Below, one piece after another: positions 28,019-39,960 of a stretch of 64,000 bases of DNA. The first letter of the stretch is position 1; every line of letters begins with the position of its first letter. The stretch is from Prochloraceae cyanobacterium PL24a_bin.78. Lineage in GTDB: Bacteria > Cyanobacteriota > Cyanobacteriia > Cyanobacteriales > JANQIW01. The notes under the pieces are model-generated. The model worked only from the letters and a program-made list of their open reading frames with translations. It did no database searches and had not been told where the DNA came from. The stretch covers positions 494-64,493 of the forward strand of contig JANQIW010000037.1 of NCBI GenBank assembly GCA_028281945.1, given 5' to 3'. Position numbers and translations under genes: made by a program.

Positions 28019-29488
28019 ATGGAGAGAAAAACATACACAGCCACAGCAGAAGGAATAGAAAAAGCAGAAAAAGCATTAAACACACTAGGTTTTGCCTCAC
28101 AGATACTATTTGCAAAATCAATCAACGTCGCCCGTAATATCGTCACCAAATTTTTCAACACCTCATCAGGAATCCAACCAGACACATTCCAAAGGATATG
28201 CCAACACCTCAACCTCAACTGGGAAGAAATCGCAGGAATAAAACCAGAAAAAGAACCCCAACCATCCACCACACAAGAGCCAAATAAAACAAAACTTCCG
28301 GAAAATCAAACCAAAGAAACAATAAAAAAAACACAAATAACCCTACTCAACAAACAAGAACAAACCATAAAAGCAAATATAACCTTTAAAAGTATATTCT
28401 CATCCAAAGAAGACACAGAAATTTGTGCCAATATCCTCAAAGACTACTCAGGAAATCCCGTAAAAATAGAAGATACAAACGAAGGAATTACCAACCTATA
28501 TATAGAAGCCTCCACAGATGAAATCCATAAACTCATATCCAATATCAAAACAGGAGAACTAAGAGCAGTAAATAGCCTAATCATCGACAACATTCAAATA
28601 GACAAATGGGATCTCGTCAAAATCATCATCAATAAAGTAGAACCCTTCATCAACGAAGACTTATTCCAAAACATAGACTTAACAGACGTAGATCTAAGCT
28701 TTACCTATATAGGAAACACAGACTTAACAGAAACCGATTTAAGTGATGCCGACTTAAGCGATACCAACCTAACTAGAGCCAACCTTACCAACGCCGATTT
28801 AAGTAAAACCTCCCTCATTCGCGCTAATCTAACCCGTACATACCTAATCGATGCTTATCTAAGAGAAGCAGATCTCAAAGATGCCAACCTCAGTCGAGCA
28901 AATCTTACTCGTGCCAACCTCAGAGGAGTTAACCTAATTCGTGCCAACATCCAAGATGCCGATCTCACTCGAGCAAATCTAAGAGAAGCAGATCTCAAAG
29001 ATGCCAACCTCAGCCGTGCAAATCTAAGTCGCGCTAACCTCAGAGAAGTCAACTTTAGTGGTGCAAATCTAAGTCGCGCTAACCTCAGCGATGTTAACCT
29101 CAGTAATGCCAATCTCAAAGGAGCCAATCTCAGTGATGTTGACTTAGGAGATGCCTATCTTAGTGATGCCGACTTAAGTGATTGCGATCTCAATTTTACC
29201 AACTTTCGGGATGCCAACCTCAGTGGAGTTAATCTGACTCATGCCTCCCTAATTCGCGCCAACCTAATTCGTGTCAACCTCAGTGATGCTAACTTGATAG
29301 GTACAAATCTTAATCGTGTTAACCTTAGTGATGCCTGCCTGATTGATGCCAACTTGATTCGCGCTAATCTCACTGATATTAATCTCAGTGGTGCGAAAGT
29401 TAAAAACTGTCGTTTTGGAAATAATACCGGCATGACAGAATTTTTAAAAGAAGATTTGATCCAACGTGGTGCAATTTTTTATGATTAA
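28019..29488 (+). CDS. HTH-like head + middle module + pentapeptide-repeat protein (paralog 2, ~50 pentads)
   Basis: 489 aa with the same head, middle module, DKWDL junction and RFGNNTGMTEFLKEDLIQRGAIF tail. Carries about 250 aa of A(D/N)LxR-type pentads. Confidence 0.85.
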   Translation: MERKTYTATAEGIEKAEKALNTLGFASQILFAKSINVARNIVTKFFNTSSGIQPDTFQRICQHLNLNWEEIAGIKPEKEPQPSTTQEPNKTKLPENQTKETIKKTQITLLNKQEQTIKANITFKSIFSSKEDTEICANILKDYSGNPVKIEDTNEGITNLYIEASTDEIHKLISNIKTGELRAVNSLIIDNIQIDKWDLVKIIINKVEPFINEDLFQNIDLTDVDLSFTYIGNTDLTETDLSDADLSDTNLTRANLTNADLSKTSLIRANLTRTYLIDAYLREADLKDANLSRANLTRANLRGVNLIRANIQDADLTRANLREADLKDANLSRANLSRANLREVNFSGANLSRANLSDVNLSNANLKGANLSDVDLGDAYLSDADLSDCDLNFTNFRDANLSGVNLTHASLIRANLIRVNLSDANLIGTNLNRVNLSDACLIDANLIRANLTDINLSGAKVKNCRFGNNTGMTEFLKEDLIQRGAIFYD

Positions 29489-29725
29489 TTATTGACTTTT
29501 AACTATAATTCATCAATAATATTGGGAATATTAAATGTTATTTTGTCAATCTATATTTACATATTGTTACTTTTAAATAATTAAGAAAACCTTTGATTGT
29601 ATAAAAAATAGCACAATCATCATTCTACAACTGTTATTGTATAATCTATAGTAGATTTATAGTAATTTAAAACACTGCTCAAACTACTTGACAACTGCCA
29701 AATAGTTATATTCAAGAGGTTTAAA

Positions 29726-30982
29726 ATGGATAAAATAACTTGCACTCCAACGGTAGAAGGAATAGATAAAGCAGAAAAAGAGCTACAAAAATTAGGGTTT
29801 GAATCTAGAGAAAAATTTGGTCAAAAGACATTAATATCTAATATTGCAATAAAAAAGTTTTTTAATCGTTCAAAATTCATTCAATTTGATACATTTAAGA
29901 AAATATGTCAAGAACTTAACTTGAATTGGAAAGAAATAGCAGAAGAAGAAGATAAAGAATCCATAATAAACTATCTAAACAATCTCAATTCTCAAGAAAA
30001 TGAAAACATAGAAACAGAGATAGAAACAGTTGTAACCCTTCAGAATAATACTGATAAGGAAAATCAAAGCTTAAATCAAGTCATTAACTTAGAAATAAGT
30101 CATCATTTTGCAGATAAATGGGAATTAGCTGAAAAACTTCTTTCAGAAACAGAAAATTTTATCGATCGAAAACTACTCAAAGGAATTGACTTAAGCGATA
30201 CAAGTCTAAAAAATGCTGATCTTAAAGAAGCAGATCTAAGATATAGTAACCTTTATAATGCAGACTTAAGCGGTGCAAACCTAATTAAATCTAACTTAGT
30301 CCATGCTAATTTTAAGAATGCAAATCTGAAGAAAGCTGATCTTAGCTATAGTAGCCTTAGATATGTTAACCTAATCCGAGTTAATCTCAGACAAGCCAAT
30401 TTAACTCGTGTCCATTTAAGTAATGCCAACCTCACCAAAGCAGATCTCAGATCTGCCAATCTTAGTTGTGCCGATCTCAGATATACTAAATTAACTGATA
30501 TTAACTTAAGTGGTGCAAACCTCAGTAATGCCAGTCTTAGTGGTGTCAACCTAAGTGGTGTTGACTTAAGCGGTGCAAATTTGAGCGATGCAGATCTTAG
30601 TAATGCCAATCTCACTAATGCTAACCTCAGTGGTGCAAATCTCAGTAAAGCAAACCTGAGCAAAGCAAACCTTAAAGGAGCTGATCTTAGCAAAACAGGA
30701 CTCAATTTTTCTAACTTCAGAGATACCAACCTCAAAGATGTCAATTTTAGTGAAGCTTACATGATTTGTGCCAATCTTAAAGGAGCTAATCTCAAAAACG
30801 CTAATCTGAGTGAAGCCCAATTGATTCGTGCTAATCTGAGTAAAGCTGATCTCAAAAATACTAACCTAATTGATGCTAATCTCAATGGAGCTAATTTCTC
30901 TGGAGCGAAGAAAAAATTTGCTCATTTTCAAGTTGATAGTGAGATCAAACAACCTTTACCAGAAGATTCTATAGCAATTTAA
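29726..30982 (+). CDS. HTH-like head + pentapeptide-repeat protein (paralog 3, ~49 pentads, middle module deleted)
   Basis: 418 aa with the same head (GIDKAEKELQKLGFESREKF...FDTFKKICQELNLNWKEIA) and DKWEL junction. The C-terminus is different. Confidence 0.85.
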   Translation: MDKITCTPTVEGIDKAEKELQKLGFESREKFGQKTLISNIAIKKFFNRSKFIQFDTFKKICQELNLNWKEIAEEEDKESIINYLNNLNSQENENIETEIETVVTLQNNTDKENQSLNQVINLEISHHFADKWELAEKLLSETENFIDRKLLKGIDLSDTSLKNADLKEADLRYSNLYNADLSGANLIKSNLVHANFKNANLKKADLSYSSLRYVNLIRVNLRQANLTRVHLSNANLTKADLRSANLSCADLRYTKLTDINLSGANLSNASLSGVNLSGVDLSGANLSDADLSNANLTNANLSGANLSKANLSKANLKGADLSKTGLNFSNFRDTNLKDVNFSEAYMICANLKGANLKNANLSEAQLIRANLSKADLKNTNLIDANLNGANFSGAKKKFAHFQVDSEIKQPLPEDSIAI

Positions 30983-31057
30983 ACAACTTATCAGGGTTTA
31001 TAATTTATTCTTTTTTGTTAATTATAAATTATTAATTCTGTAAAAAACCATAAAAAA

Positions 31058-31118
31058 AATCCTACTCCTATTATAAAGTGAATTTAAAAAAACAGGACTT
31101 TTAAATAGGAATAGGATT
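31058..31118. terminator. long inverted repeat between convergent genes (bidirectional terminator candidate)
   Basis: aatcctactcctatt (31058-72) pairs with aataggaataggatt (31104-18), 14/15 complementary. It is flanked by A/T runs. Confidence 0.45.
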
Positions 31119-31129
31119 CTCTTCAAATA

Positions 31130-33661
31130 CTATTTAAAATTATTAGGATTATATTCAGGAATTTCAATCTGAACCGGTTTCACCTTCCAAATTTCCTCAC
31201 AATATTCCCGAATTGTACGATCGCTAGAAAACTTACCCATACGAGCAGAATTGAGAATAGACATTTTAGTCCAATTATCCTGATCCTGATAAGCAATAGA
31301 AACTTTCTCTTGACATTCAATATAAGCTTGATAATCAGCTAAAAGCACATAGCGATCGTCATTCAATAAAGAATCCACAATAGGCTTAAAGAAATCAGGA
31401 TCTCCATAACTAAAATCACCATTAGCAATACGATCGATAGTCGCCCTTAATTCTGGATTGCTGCGATAATAATCCATGGGATTGTAACCAGAAGCCTTAA
31501 GATCATAAACCTCCTGAGCCGTTAAACCAAACAAGAAGAAATTCTCAGGTTGAGCTTCTTCACGGATTTCAATATTAGCTCCATCAAGAGTACCAATAGT
31601 CAAAGCACCATTCATAGCAAACTTCATATTTCCAGTGCCAGAAGCCTCCTTCCCAGCCGTAGAGATTTGTTCAGAAAGATCCGCTGCTGGATAAATTTTT
31701 TGCCCTAAAGAAACATTGAAATTAGCCAGAAAAACTACCTTCAAACGACCTCTAACATCAGGATCCTTATTAACAATCTCCCCTACAGAATTGATTAACT
31801 TAATAATCAACTTAGCCATAAAATAACCCGGTGCAGCCTTACCACCAAAGATAAACGTACGAGGATAAATATCCACATCAGGATTATCCTTAATGCGATT
31901 GTAGAGAGTAATAATATGCAATACCGCCAATAATTGACGCTTATACTCATGAATTCTCTTAACTTGGATATCAAAAATAGAATTAATATCCACATTAATC
32001 GCTTGATTCTTCTCAATATAATCCGCTAAGATTTGTTTATTTTCTTGCTTAATATCACGCCAACGACGACAAAAATCTGCATCATTAACAAACTTCTCTA
32101 GACTTCTCATTTCGTCTAAATTCTTAGGCCATTTTTCCCCAATAGTATCAATAATTAATTGTGATAATTTTGGATTACTTAATAAAATCCAACGACGTGG
32201 AGTAACACCATTAGTCTTATTAATAAATTTTTCAGGCCAAAGTGCCGCAAAATCCTTTAAAGTATCCTGTTTCAGAAGTTTTGTATGTAATGCAGCCACC
32301 CCATTAATGGAATGACTACCCACACAAGCTAAGTTAGCCATGCGAATTTTCTTTTCTCCACCTTCTTCAATCAAAGATAGACTAGCAAGTAAATCCTCAT
32401 TGCCAGGAAACCAAGTTTTCACATTTTCTAGGAAACGACGATTAATTTCATAAATAATTTCCAAATGTCTGGGTAATATTTTCCCAAATAAATCCACTGA
32501 CCAACGCTCTAATGCTTCAGGCAAAAGAGTATGATTCGTATAAGCAAAAGTCTTTTGAGTAATACCCCAAGCTTGAACCCATTCATAACTATTTTCATCA
32601 ATCAATAAACGCATTAATTCAGCAATTGCTACTGCTGGATGAGTATCGTTTAACTGAATAGCGATCTTTTCGTGGAAATCATCTAAGTTATCATGATTCT
32701 TTAGATGAATCCTAACTAAATCCTGTAGAGAGGCCGAAACAAAGAAATATTGTTGTGCTAGACGTAATTCTCTTCCTGCGGGAGTATTATCATTAGGATA
32801 TAAAACCTTAGATATAGTCTCCGAATTCATCTTTTCGGCTACAGCACTATCATAATTTCCAGCGTTGAAAGCTTCAAAGTTAAACTGTTCACTAGCTTCT
32901 GCCTTCCATAAACGCAGAGGATTTACCGTATTAGTTTTATATCCCGGTACAGGGGTATCATAAGGAATAGCAATAGCTGTACGATCGGGAATCCAAGAAA
33001 CTTTAAATTTCCCTTGAGGATCTCGATATGCTTCAGTATATCCACCAAGCTTAATTTCTACCGTTTCATCAGAGCGAGGAATTTCCCAAGGATTTCGGAA
33101 ACGTAACCAATTATCTGGTACTTCTATTTGAAAACCATGCTTAATTAACTGATAAAAAATACCAAACTCATAACGAATTCCATAACCAATAGCAGGAATT
33201 TCTAAGGATGCCAGGGAATCCAAAAAACAAGCCGCTAATCTACCTAAACCACCATTGCCTAAACCGGGATCCGGTTCCTGTTCAATTAACTCATCTAAAT
33301 CCAATCCTAATTCTGCAATAGCCTGACGCACAGTATCATCAATACCGAGGTTAACCAAATTATTCCCCAATTGACGACCCATTAAAAATTCTGCTGAGAA
33401 ATAACAAACTAGCTTGACTTTTTCTTTTTTGTAAGTGCTAGTAGTTTGAAGAAAACGCTGAAGTAATCGATCTCTAATGGTATAAGCTAAAGCTACATAA
33501 TAATCATATGGGCTAGCATCTTCGCGATCTTTTCCTTGAATATAGAATAAATTATCTAAAAATGCACGTTTGATCGTATCTAAATTCATCCCCGTGCGAT
33601 CGTCTTCTATTTGTATTTGAGGAGATCCAGGGTTGCTTTTTTCTATCTCGTAAGCTGTCAT
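31130..33661 (-). CDS. glgP: glycogen/alpha-glucan phosphorylase
   Basis: 843 aa. GLGNGGLGRLAACFLDS and EASGTGNMKFAMNGALTIGTLDGANIE (PLP lysine region). Confidence 0.95.
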   Translation of the reverse strand: MTAYEIEKSNPGSPQIQIEDDRTGMNLDTIKRAFLDNLFYIQGKDREDASPYDYYVALAYTIRDRLLQRFLQTTSTYKKEKVKLVCYFSAEFLMGRQLGNNLVNLGIDDTVRQAIAELGLDLDELIEQEPDPGLGNGGLGRLAACFLDSLASLEIPAIGYGIRYEFGIFYQLIKHGFQIEVPDNWLRFRNPWEIPRSDETVEIKLGGYTEAYRDPQGKFKVSWIPDRTAIAIPYDTPVPGYKTNTVNPLRLWKAEASEQFNFEAFNAGNYDSAVAEKMNSETISKVLYPNDNTPAGRELRLAQQYFFVSASLQDLVRIHLKNHDNLDDFHEKIAIQLNDTHPAVAIAELMRLLIDENSYEWVQAWGITQKTFAYTNHTLLPEALERWSVDLFGKILPRHLEIIYEINRRFLENVKTWFPGNEDLLASLSLIEEGGEKKIRMANLACVGSHSINGVAALHTKLLKQDTLKDFAALWPEKFINKTNGVTPRRWILLSNPKLSQLIIDTIGEKWPKNLDEMRSLEKFVNDADFCRRWRDIKQENKQILADYIEKNQAINVDINSIFDIQVKRIHEYKRQLLAVLHIITLYNRIKDNPDVDIYPRTFIFGGKAAPGYFMAKLIIKLINSVGEIVNKDPDVRGRLKVVFLANFNVSLGQKIYPAADLSEQISTAGKEASGTGNMKFAMNGALTIGTLDGANIEIREEAQPENFFLFGLTAQEVYDLKASGYNPMDYYRSNPELRATIDRIANGDFSYGDPDFFKPIVDSLLNDDRYVLLADYQAYIECQEKVSIAYQDQDNWTKMSILNSARMGKFSSDRTIREYCEEIWKVKPVQIEIPEYNPNNFK

Positions 33662-33751
33662 ATTTTTTCCAAAAGTTAAACTTTAAATTACACTTATTCT
33701 TTACTATTAATTTAGTTTTTTTCTGATTTTTTTATTACATAACTCCTTGCT

Positions 33752-35068
<1,317 letters not shown>

Positions 35069-35096
35069 TTATTTTATTTATTTATTTTAAAAAAAT

Positions 35097-36122
<1,026 letters not shown>

Positions 36123-36439
36123 TTATTAATTTTAGTCTTATTTGTAGCTTACTGAAATTTAATTATTCCAGTGTTTTTCAATGCTATATTCTTTCTGAAC
36201 TTTTACTGGCTAGATAAATAAAAATTTTTGATTTCCCTAATTTTCTCTTTCTTTTTTCCTAAGCCTTATCTTATATAGCAGATTTTTTCTAAAATCCATA
36301 TTAATTAAAGATTAAGAATCTTGAGAAACCAAGTTCAATTTTTAATTTAAACTACAAATATTTTTGTCAATATTAGGTTTTTTTGAGAGATTATTCTCAA
36401 GTATTTTAGGTTATAAATTATAAAGGAGATGCAATATCA

Positions 36440-36572
36440 TTTTTCTTTAACTATGTTAGACATTGAGTAAGGGAATGGGAGAATAGGAGAATGGGAGAAT
36501 AGGGGAATGGAAGAATAAATTTTGGTTTATTATCCTAAATTTAATTTTTAAAATCTATCATACTTTTAGAAA
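36440..36572 (+). repeat. MITE-like dispersed element, copy F
   Basis: tttttctttaactatgttagacattgag is followed by the core gggaatgggagaataggagaatgggagaataggggaatggaagaat, then aataaattttggtttattatcctaaattta, then aaatctatcatac. Confidence 0.75.
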
Positions 36573-36605
36573 TTTGATGTAAATATCATTTTTTTTCTTT
36601 TTTAC

Positions 36606-39600
36606 TTATTCAAGTTTCCGCCAATCTCCGGAAAGTACAAAGGCTGACCAGAAAAATGGATGTTCATATTCAGGATTATTTAACATTGACAGTTGAGTTT
36701 GTCGCAAAGCAAGGGATCGATCGACATTTTCTTTGATAATCAATTGATAATAGTTAGTCATCAAATCCTTAGTTCCCTGATCTGATACACTCCATAAACT
36801 CATTAATAAAGTTTCCGCACCTGCAAGTACAAATGCCCGTCGCAATCCATACACACCTTCTCCGTTGTGTACATCTCCTAATCCTGTTTCACAAGCACTT
36901 AAAACTACTAATTTTGTCCCCCATAAGTCTAAACTAGATGCTTCTAATCCCGTTAATAGTCCTTGTTGTTTGCCTTCAGGAGTGTTAAATCCTGCAAATA
37001 TTAATCCCGATCGTAATAAAGGATTTTCGTTTCTGACAGGTTGCCGTGAATTATTATCGAATTTCGTGGGATTTTCTATTTCTTGATCCGGTAAGAAAAA
37101 TCCATGGGTCGCTATATGTAGGATTTTAGGTGCTTCAGCAGCTTTGATAACTTCATCAATTGCTTCTCCTTCAGTAAAAATACGAGCATTTGGAAGTAAA
37201 GGTTTAATGGCTTCGGCTTCTGCTGCTGTGCCCGGTAAAGGAGTACAACAATTCAGTTGATCTAAATCTGCCGAACGACGATCTTTCCCAAGAATACTAC
37301 TTGCTGTTAAAGGGGCGTTATTATTCTGACTAACAAAATTATAGTCAGGATTAGCTACGATGAGAGAATTAGAACGAGAAGGAGCGGATTCTTGTAATTT
37401 AATCAAGTCACGTCCGCTAGTGAGATTAGTAAAGAGGTAATTTTCTACTAAATAATCACCATTTTCATCTACCAATGCAGCAAAAGGAATGCGATTTAGT
37501 AGTCCATCAGGAGATATAAATATATGTTCTTTATCTTTTAAAAGAGGACGTAAAGGTTTCATCACCAACTCATCTACTTCACGAGCAATTTCTTTAAACC
37601 GTGAAATTTGTCTTTGTAATTTTTGTATGTTGGAAGATGGCTGGCTACTACTAATTAAGAGAAGGCTTTGTATTTTTTCGTCAATGATTTCAGCTTCACC
37701 TAAATCGATAGCTTTTGGTTCACCATTGGGATGCAAAATATAGGCAGCATAACGGAGTTCTTCTAATTCCAAAGTTTTGGTATTGCCAAGACGATAAACA
37801 ATAAATTCAATCAAAACAGTATCATCTGGCATAGCTTTTTGCACAGCTTCCATGGTGACAGGTTTTAATTCCTTAGCAAATTGGGAATTGCGATTAGATA
37901 GAGAGGTTTCTAGGGTTTGAATTTCTGTTTCTAAAGTAGTAAGTTGTTCTTGGTATTGTTGTAAAGGAATTGTCTCTGATTTTTCAAATACAAGGTTAGA
38001 TAATTGAGTGCGTTTCTCTGATATTTTATCTAATAAAGCTTTGTCTTCAGGATTAAGACGCTGACGAATATTTTGGACGATATTACCTAAAGAATCCAGA
38101 ATGCGACCTTTTCGACGTAGGATCGTAGTCATAGCAAGGCGTGCAGCTTCTTGGTTATCAGGTGCATTTTGTAAATGAAGAGATATTGTCCAATAAGTTG
38201 TACCAAATAGACTATTAAGATAAGCTGTTTTGCGTGCTTCTGAGCCAATGGTGGTTAAAAAAGCACTTAAATTTTTTTCTTCAATGTCAGTACTTCTAGT
38301 TAGATATTTTAGAGCAAGAGGAATATTATTTTGTACTAAGTATAATCCTGAGAGATTGCTAAGATAACTAGTAGTCTGAGGATGTTCTGCCCCTAAAACT
38401 TCTTCATTGATAGTAAGAGCACGTTGAAATAAATACTCCGCTTCACTGTAATTTCCTTGTTCTCTGTATAAATCTCCTAAATTGTTGAGAGAAATAGCAG
38501 TATGGGGATGTTTTTCTCCGAAGATTTCTTCTCGAATCCCAAGAGCACGTAGATATAATGGTTCTGCTTTACTGTAATTTCCTTGACTGCTGTATAACAC
38601 TCCCAGATTGTTCAAAGTTGTTGCAGTTAAGTGATGATTTTCTGGTAATACTTCCTCAAATATGGCAAGAGCACGTAGATATAATGGTTCTGCTTTACTG
38701 TAATTTCTTTGTGTCCTGTATAATTCTGCCAGATTGTTGAGAGATTGAGCAGTTAAGTAATGATTTTCTGGTAACACTTCTTCAAATATGGCAAGAACAC
38801 GTTTATATAATGGCTCTGCTCCACTATAATTTCCTTGCTTGCTGTATAATTCTGCCAGATTATTCAGAGTTTTTGCAGTTAAGGAATGTTTTTCTCCTAA
38901 GACTTCTTCTTGAATAGCAAGGGCACGTTGAAATAAAGGCTCTGCTTTACTGTAATTTCCTTGTGTACTGTATAAATTTCCCAAGTTGTTGAGAGAAATA
39001 GCAGTATGGGGATGTTTTTCTCCGAAGATTTCTTCTCGAATGGCAAGAGCGCGTTGATATAAAGCCTCTGTTTTACTATAATTTCCTTGTGAATTGTATA
39101 ATAGTCCCAAAGTGTTGAGAGATTGAGCAATATCGGGGTGTTTTGGTTCTAAGATTTCTTCTCGAATCCCAAGAGATTGTTGTGCTTTGCTTCTGGCTTC
39201 ATCATATTTCCCCTGTTGGTATAATTGTAGTGCTTGTATATTTAAATCTTCTGCTTCTGCTAATCGAAAATCTTCTGGTGTTGCTTCTCGAAAACTTAAG
39301 CTATAGTTACCCAATTCTCCGGGTTTAATAGCAAGAATACCGAGTGTATAAGTTCCAGTCTCAGGCAAAGTGATAACAATTCTTGAATTATTGCCTTCAC
39401 CTCCATCATTGTTGTCAGCTATTGTTTTATTATCGGAATCGAGCAAAACTAACGAGGGATCGAATTCTGAGCTAGTTAAATCGATCGTCAACTTTTCTCC
39501 TGCCATTCCTTCAAAAGTATGGAGATTAAAATAAGTCCCATTTTCAAGACTATTACTATTGCTATCTAGTGTGCCATTAATAGTAGAATTCCTTTGAGCT

Positions 39601-39731
39601 AACTGTTGTGGTGAATTTAAGTTAACTTGGGCGATCGCCTCAATATTAGTTCCAGAGATGATGACACTGCCAACTAAAAGAGAATAAAAAATATGAGGTA
39701 TTTTACTTTTAAGGATATTAAATTTTAGCAT
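36606..39731 (-). CDS. secreted PPC-domain / TPR-repeat / CHAT-domain (caspase-like) protein
   Basis: 1041 aa. Has a signal peptide and an N-terminal pre-peptidase-C-like beta domain. Carries about 8 TPR_12-type 42-aa units (NNLxxLYxxQGNYSKAEPLYxRALAIxEE). The C-terminal CHAT domain has HIATHGFF and LVVLSACETG (His/Cys dyad). Confidence 0.85.
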   Translation of the reverse strand: MLKFNILKSKIPHIFYSLLVGSVIISGTNIEAIAQVNLNSPQQLAQRNSTINGTLDSNSNSLENGTYFNLHTFEGMAGEKLTIDLTSSEFDPSLVLLDSDNKTIADNNDGGEGNNSRIVITLPETGTYTLGILAIKPGELGNYSLSFREATPEDFRLAEAEDLNIQALQLYQQGKYDEARSKAQQSLGIREEILEPKHPDIAQSLNTLGLLYNSQGNYSKTEALYQRALAIREEIFGEKHPHTAISLNNLGNLYSTQGNYSKAEPLFQRALAIQEEVLGEKHSLTAKTLNNLAELYSKQGNYSGAEPLYKRVLAIFEEVLPENHYLTAQSLNNLAELYRTQRNYSKAEPLYLRALAIFEEVLPENHHLTATTLNNLGVLYSSQGNYSKAEPLYLRALGIREEIFGEKHPHTAISLNNLGDLYREQGNYSEAEYLFQRALTINEEVLGAEHPQTTSYLSNLSGLYLVQNNIPLALKYLTRSTDIEEKNLSAFLTTIGSEARKTAYLNSLFGTTYWTISLHLQNAPDNQEAARLAMTTILRRKGRILDSLGNIVQNIRQRLNPEDKALLDKISEKRTQLSNLVFEKSETIPLQQYQEQLTTLETEIQTLETSLSNRNSQFAKELKPVTMEAVQKAMPDDTVLIEFIVYRLGNTKTLELEELRYAAYILHPNGEPKAIDLGEAEIIDEKIQSLLLISSSQPSSNIQKLQRQISRFKEIAREVDELVMKPLRPLLKDKEHIFISPDGLLNRIPFAALVDENGDYLVENYLFTNLTSGRDLIKLQESAPSRSNSLIVANPDYNFVSQNNNAPLTASSILGKDRRSADLDQLNCCTPLPGTAAEAEAIKPLLPNARIFTEGEAIDEVIKAAEAPKILHIATHGFFLPDQEIENPTKFDNNSRQPVRNENPLLRSGLIFAGFNTPEGKQQGLLTGLEASSLDLWGTKLVVLSACETGLGDVHNGEGVYGLRRAFVLAGAETLLMSLWSVSDQGTKDLMTNYYQLIIKENVDRSLALRQTQLSMLNNPEYEHPFFWSAFVLSGDWRKLE

Positions 39732-39960
39732 TGATAATATTGTTTTTTAAGACTATTATATATACTCTACATCAGTTACTGAATATTTGACAAAATTTTC
39801 GAGAAAGATTCTGACTTAGTTTAAATACTTAATTTTCATAAAATTTTCTAGTATTTTCTTCATATTTTCTTACTAATTCTTCTATTAATTTCCTTTGATT
39901 ATGATATATACTGTAATTATGAATTAATCTAGATAAGAATACTACTAAAAAAGAGCTATC

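Noticed and set aside
27760-28700. A diversity-generating retroelement (A-specific mutagenesis) as the explanation for the skewed composition next to repeat genes.
   Set aside because: There is no reverse transcriptase ORF and no template/variable repeat pair in the window. The skew is an A+C excess rather than A-specific substitution between two copies.
38558-39328. Short ORFs (38558-38740, 38897-39130, 39143-39328, 36865-37086, 37489-37743) within the CHAT/TPR gene.
   Set aside because: They are alternative frames of a 1041-aa CDS with clear domain content. They are kept open by the 126-nt TPR DNA periodicity.
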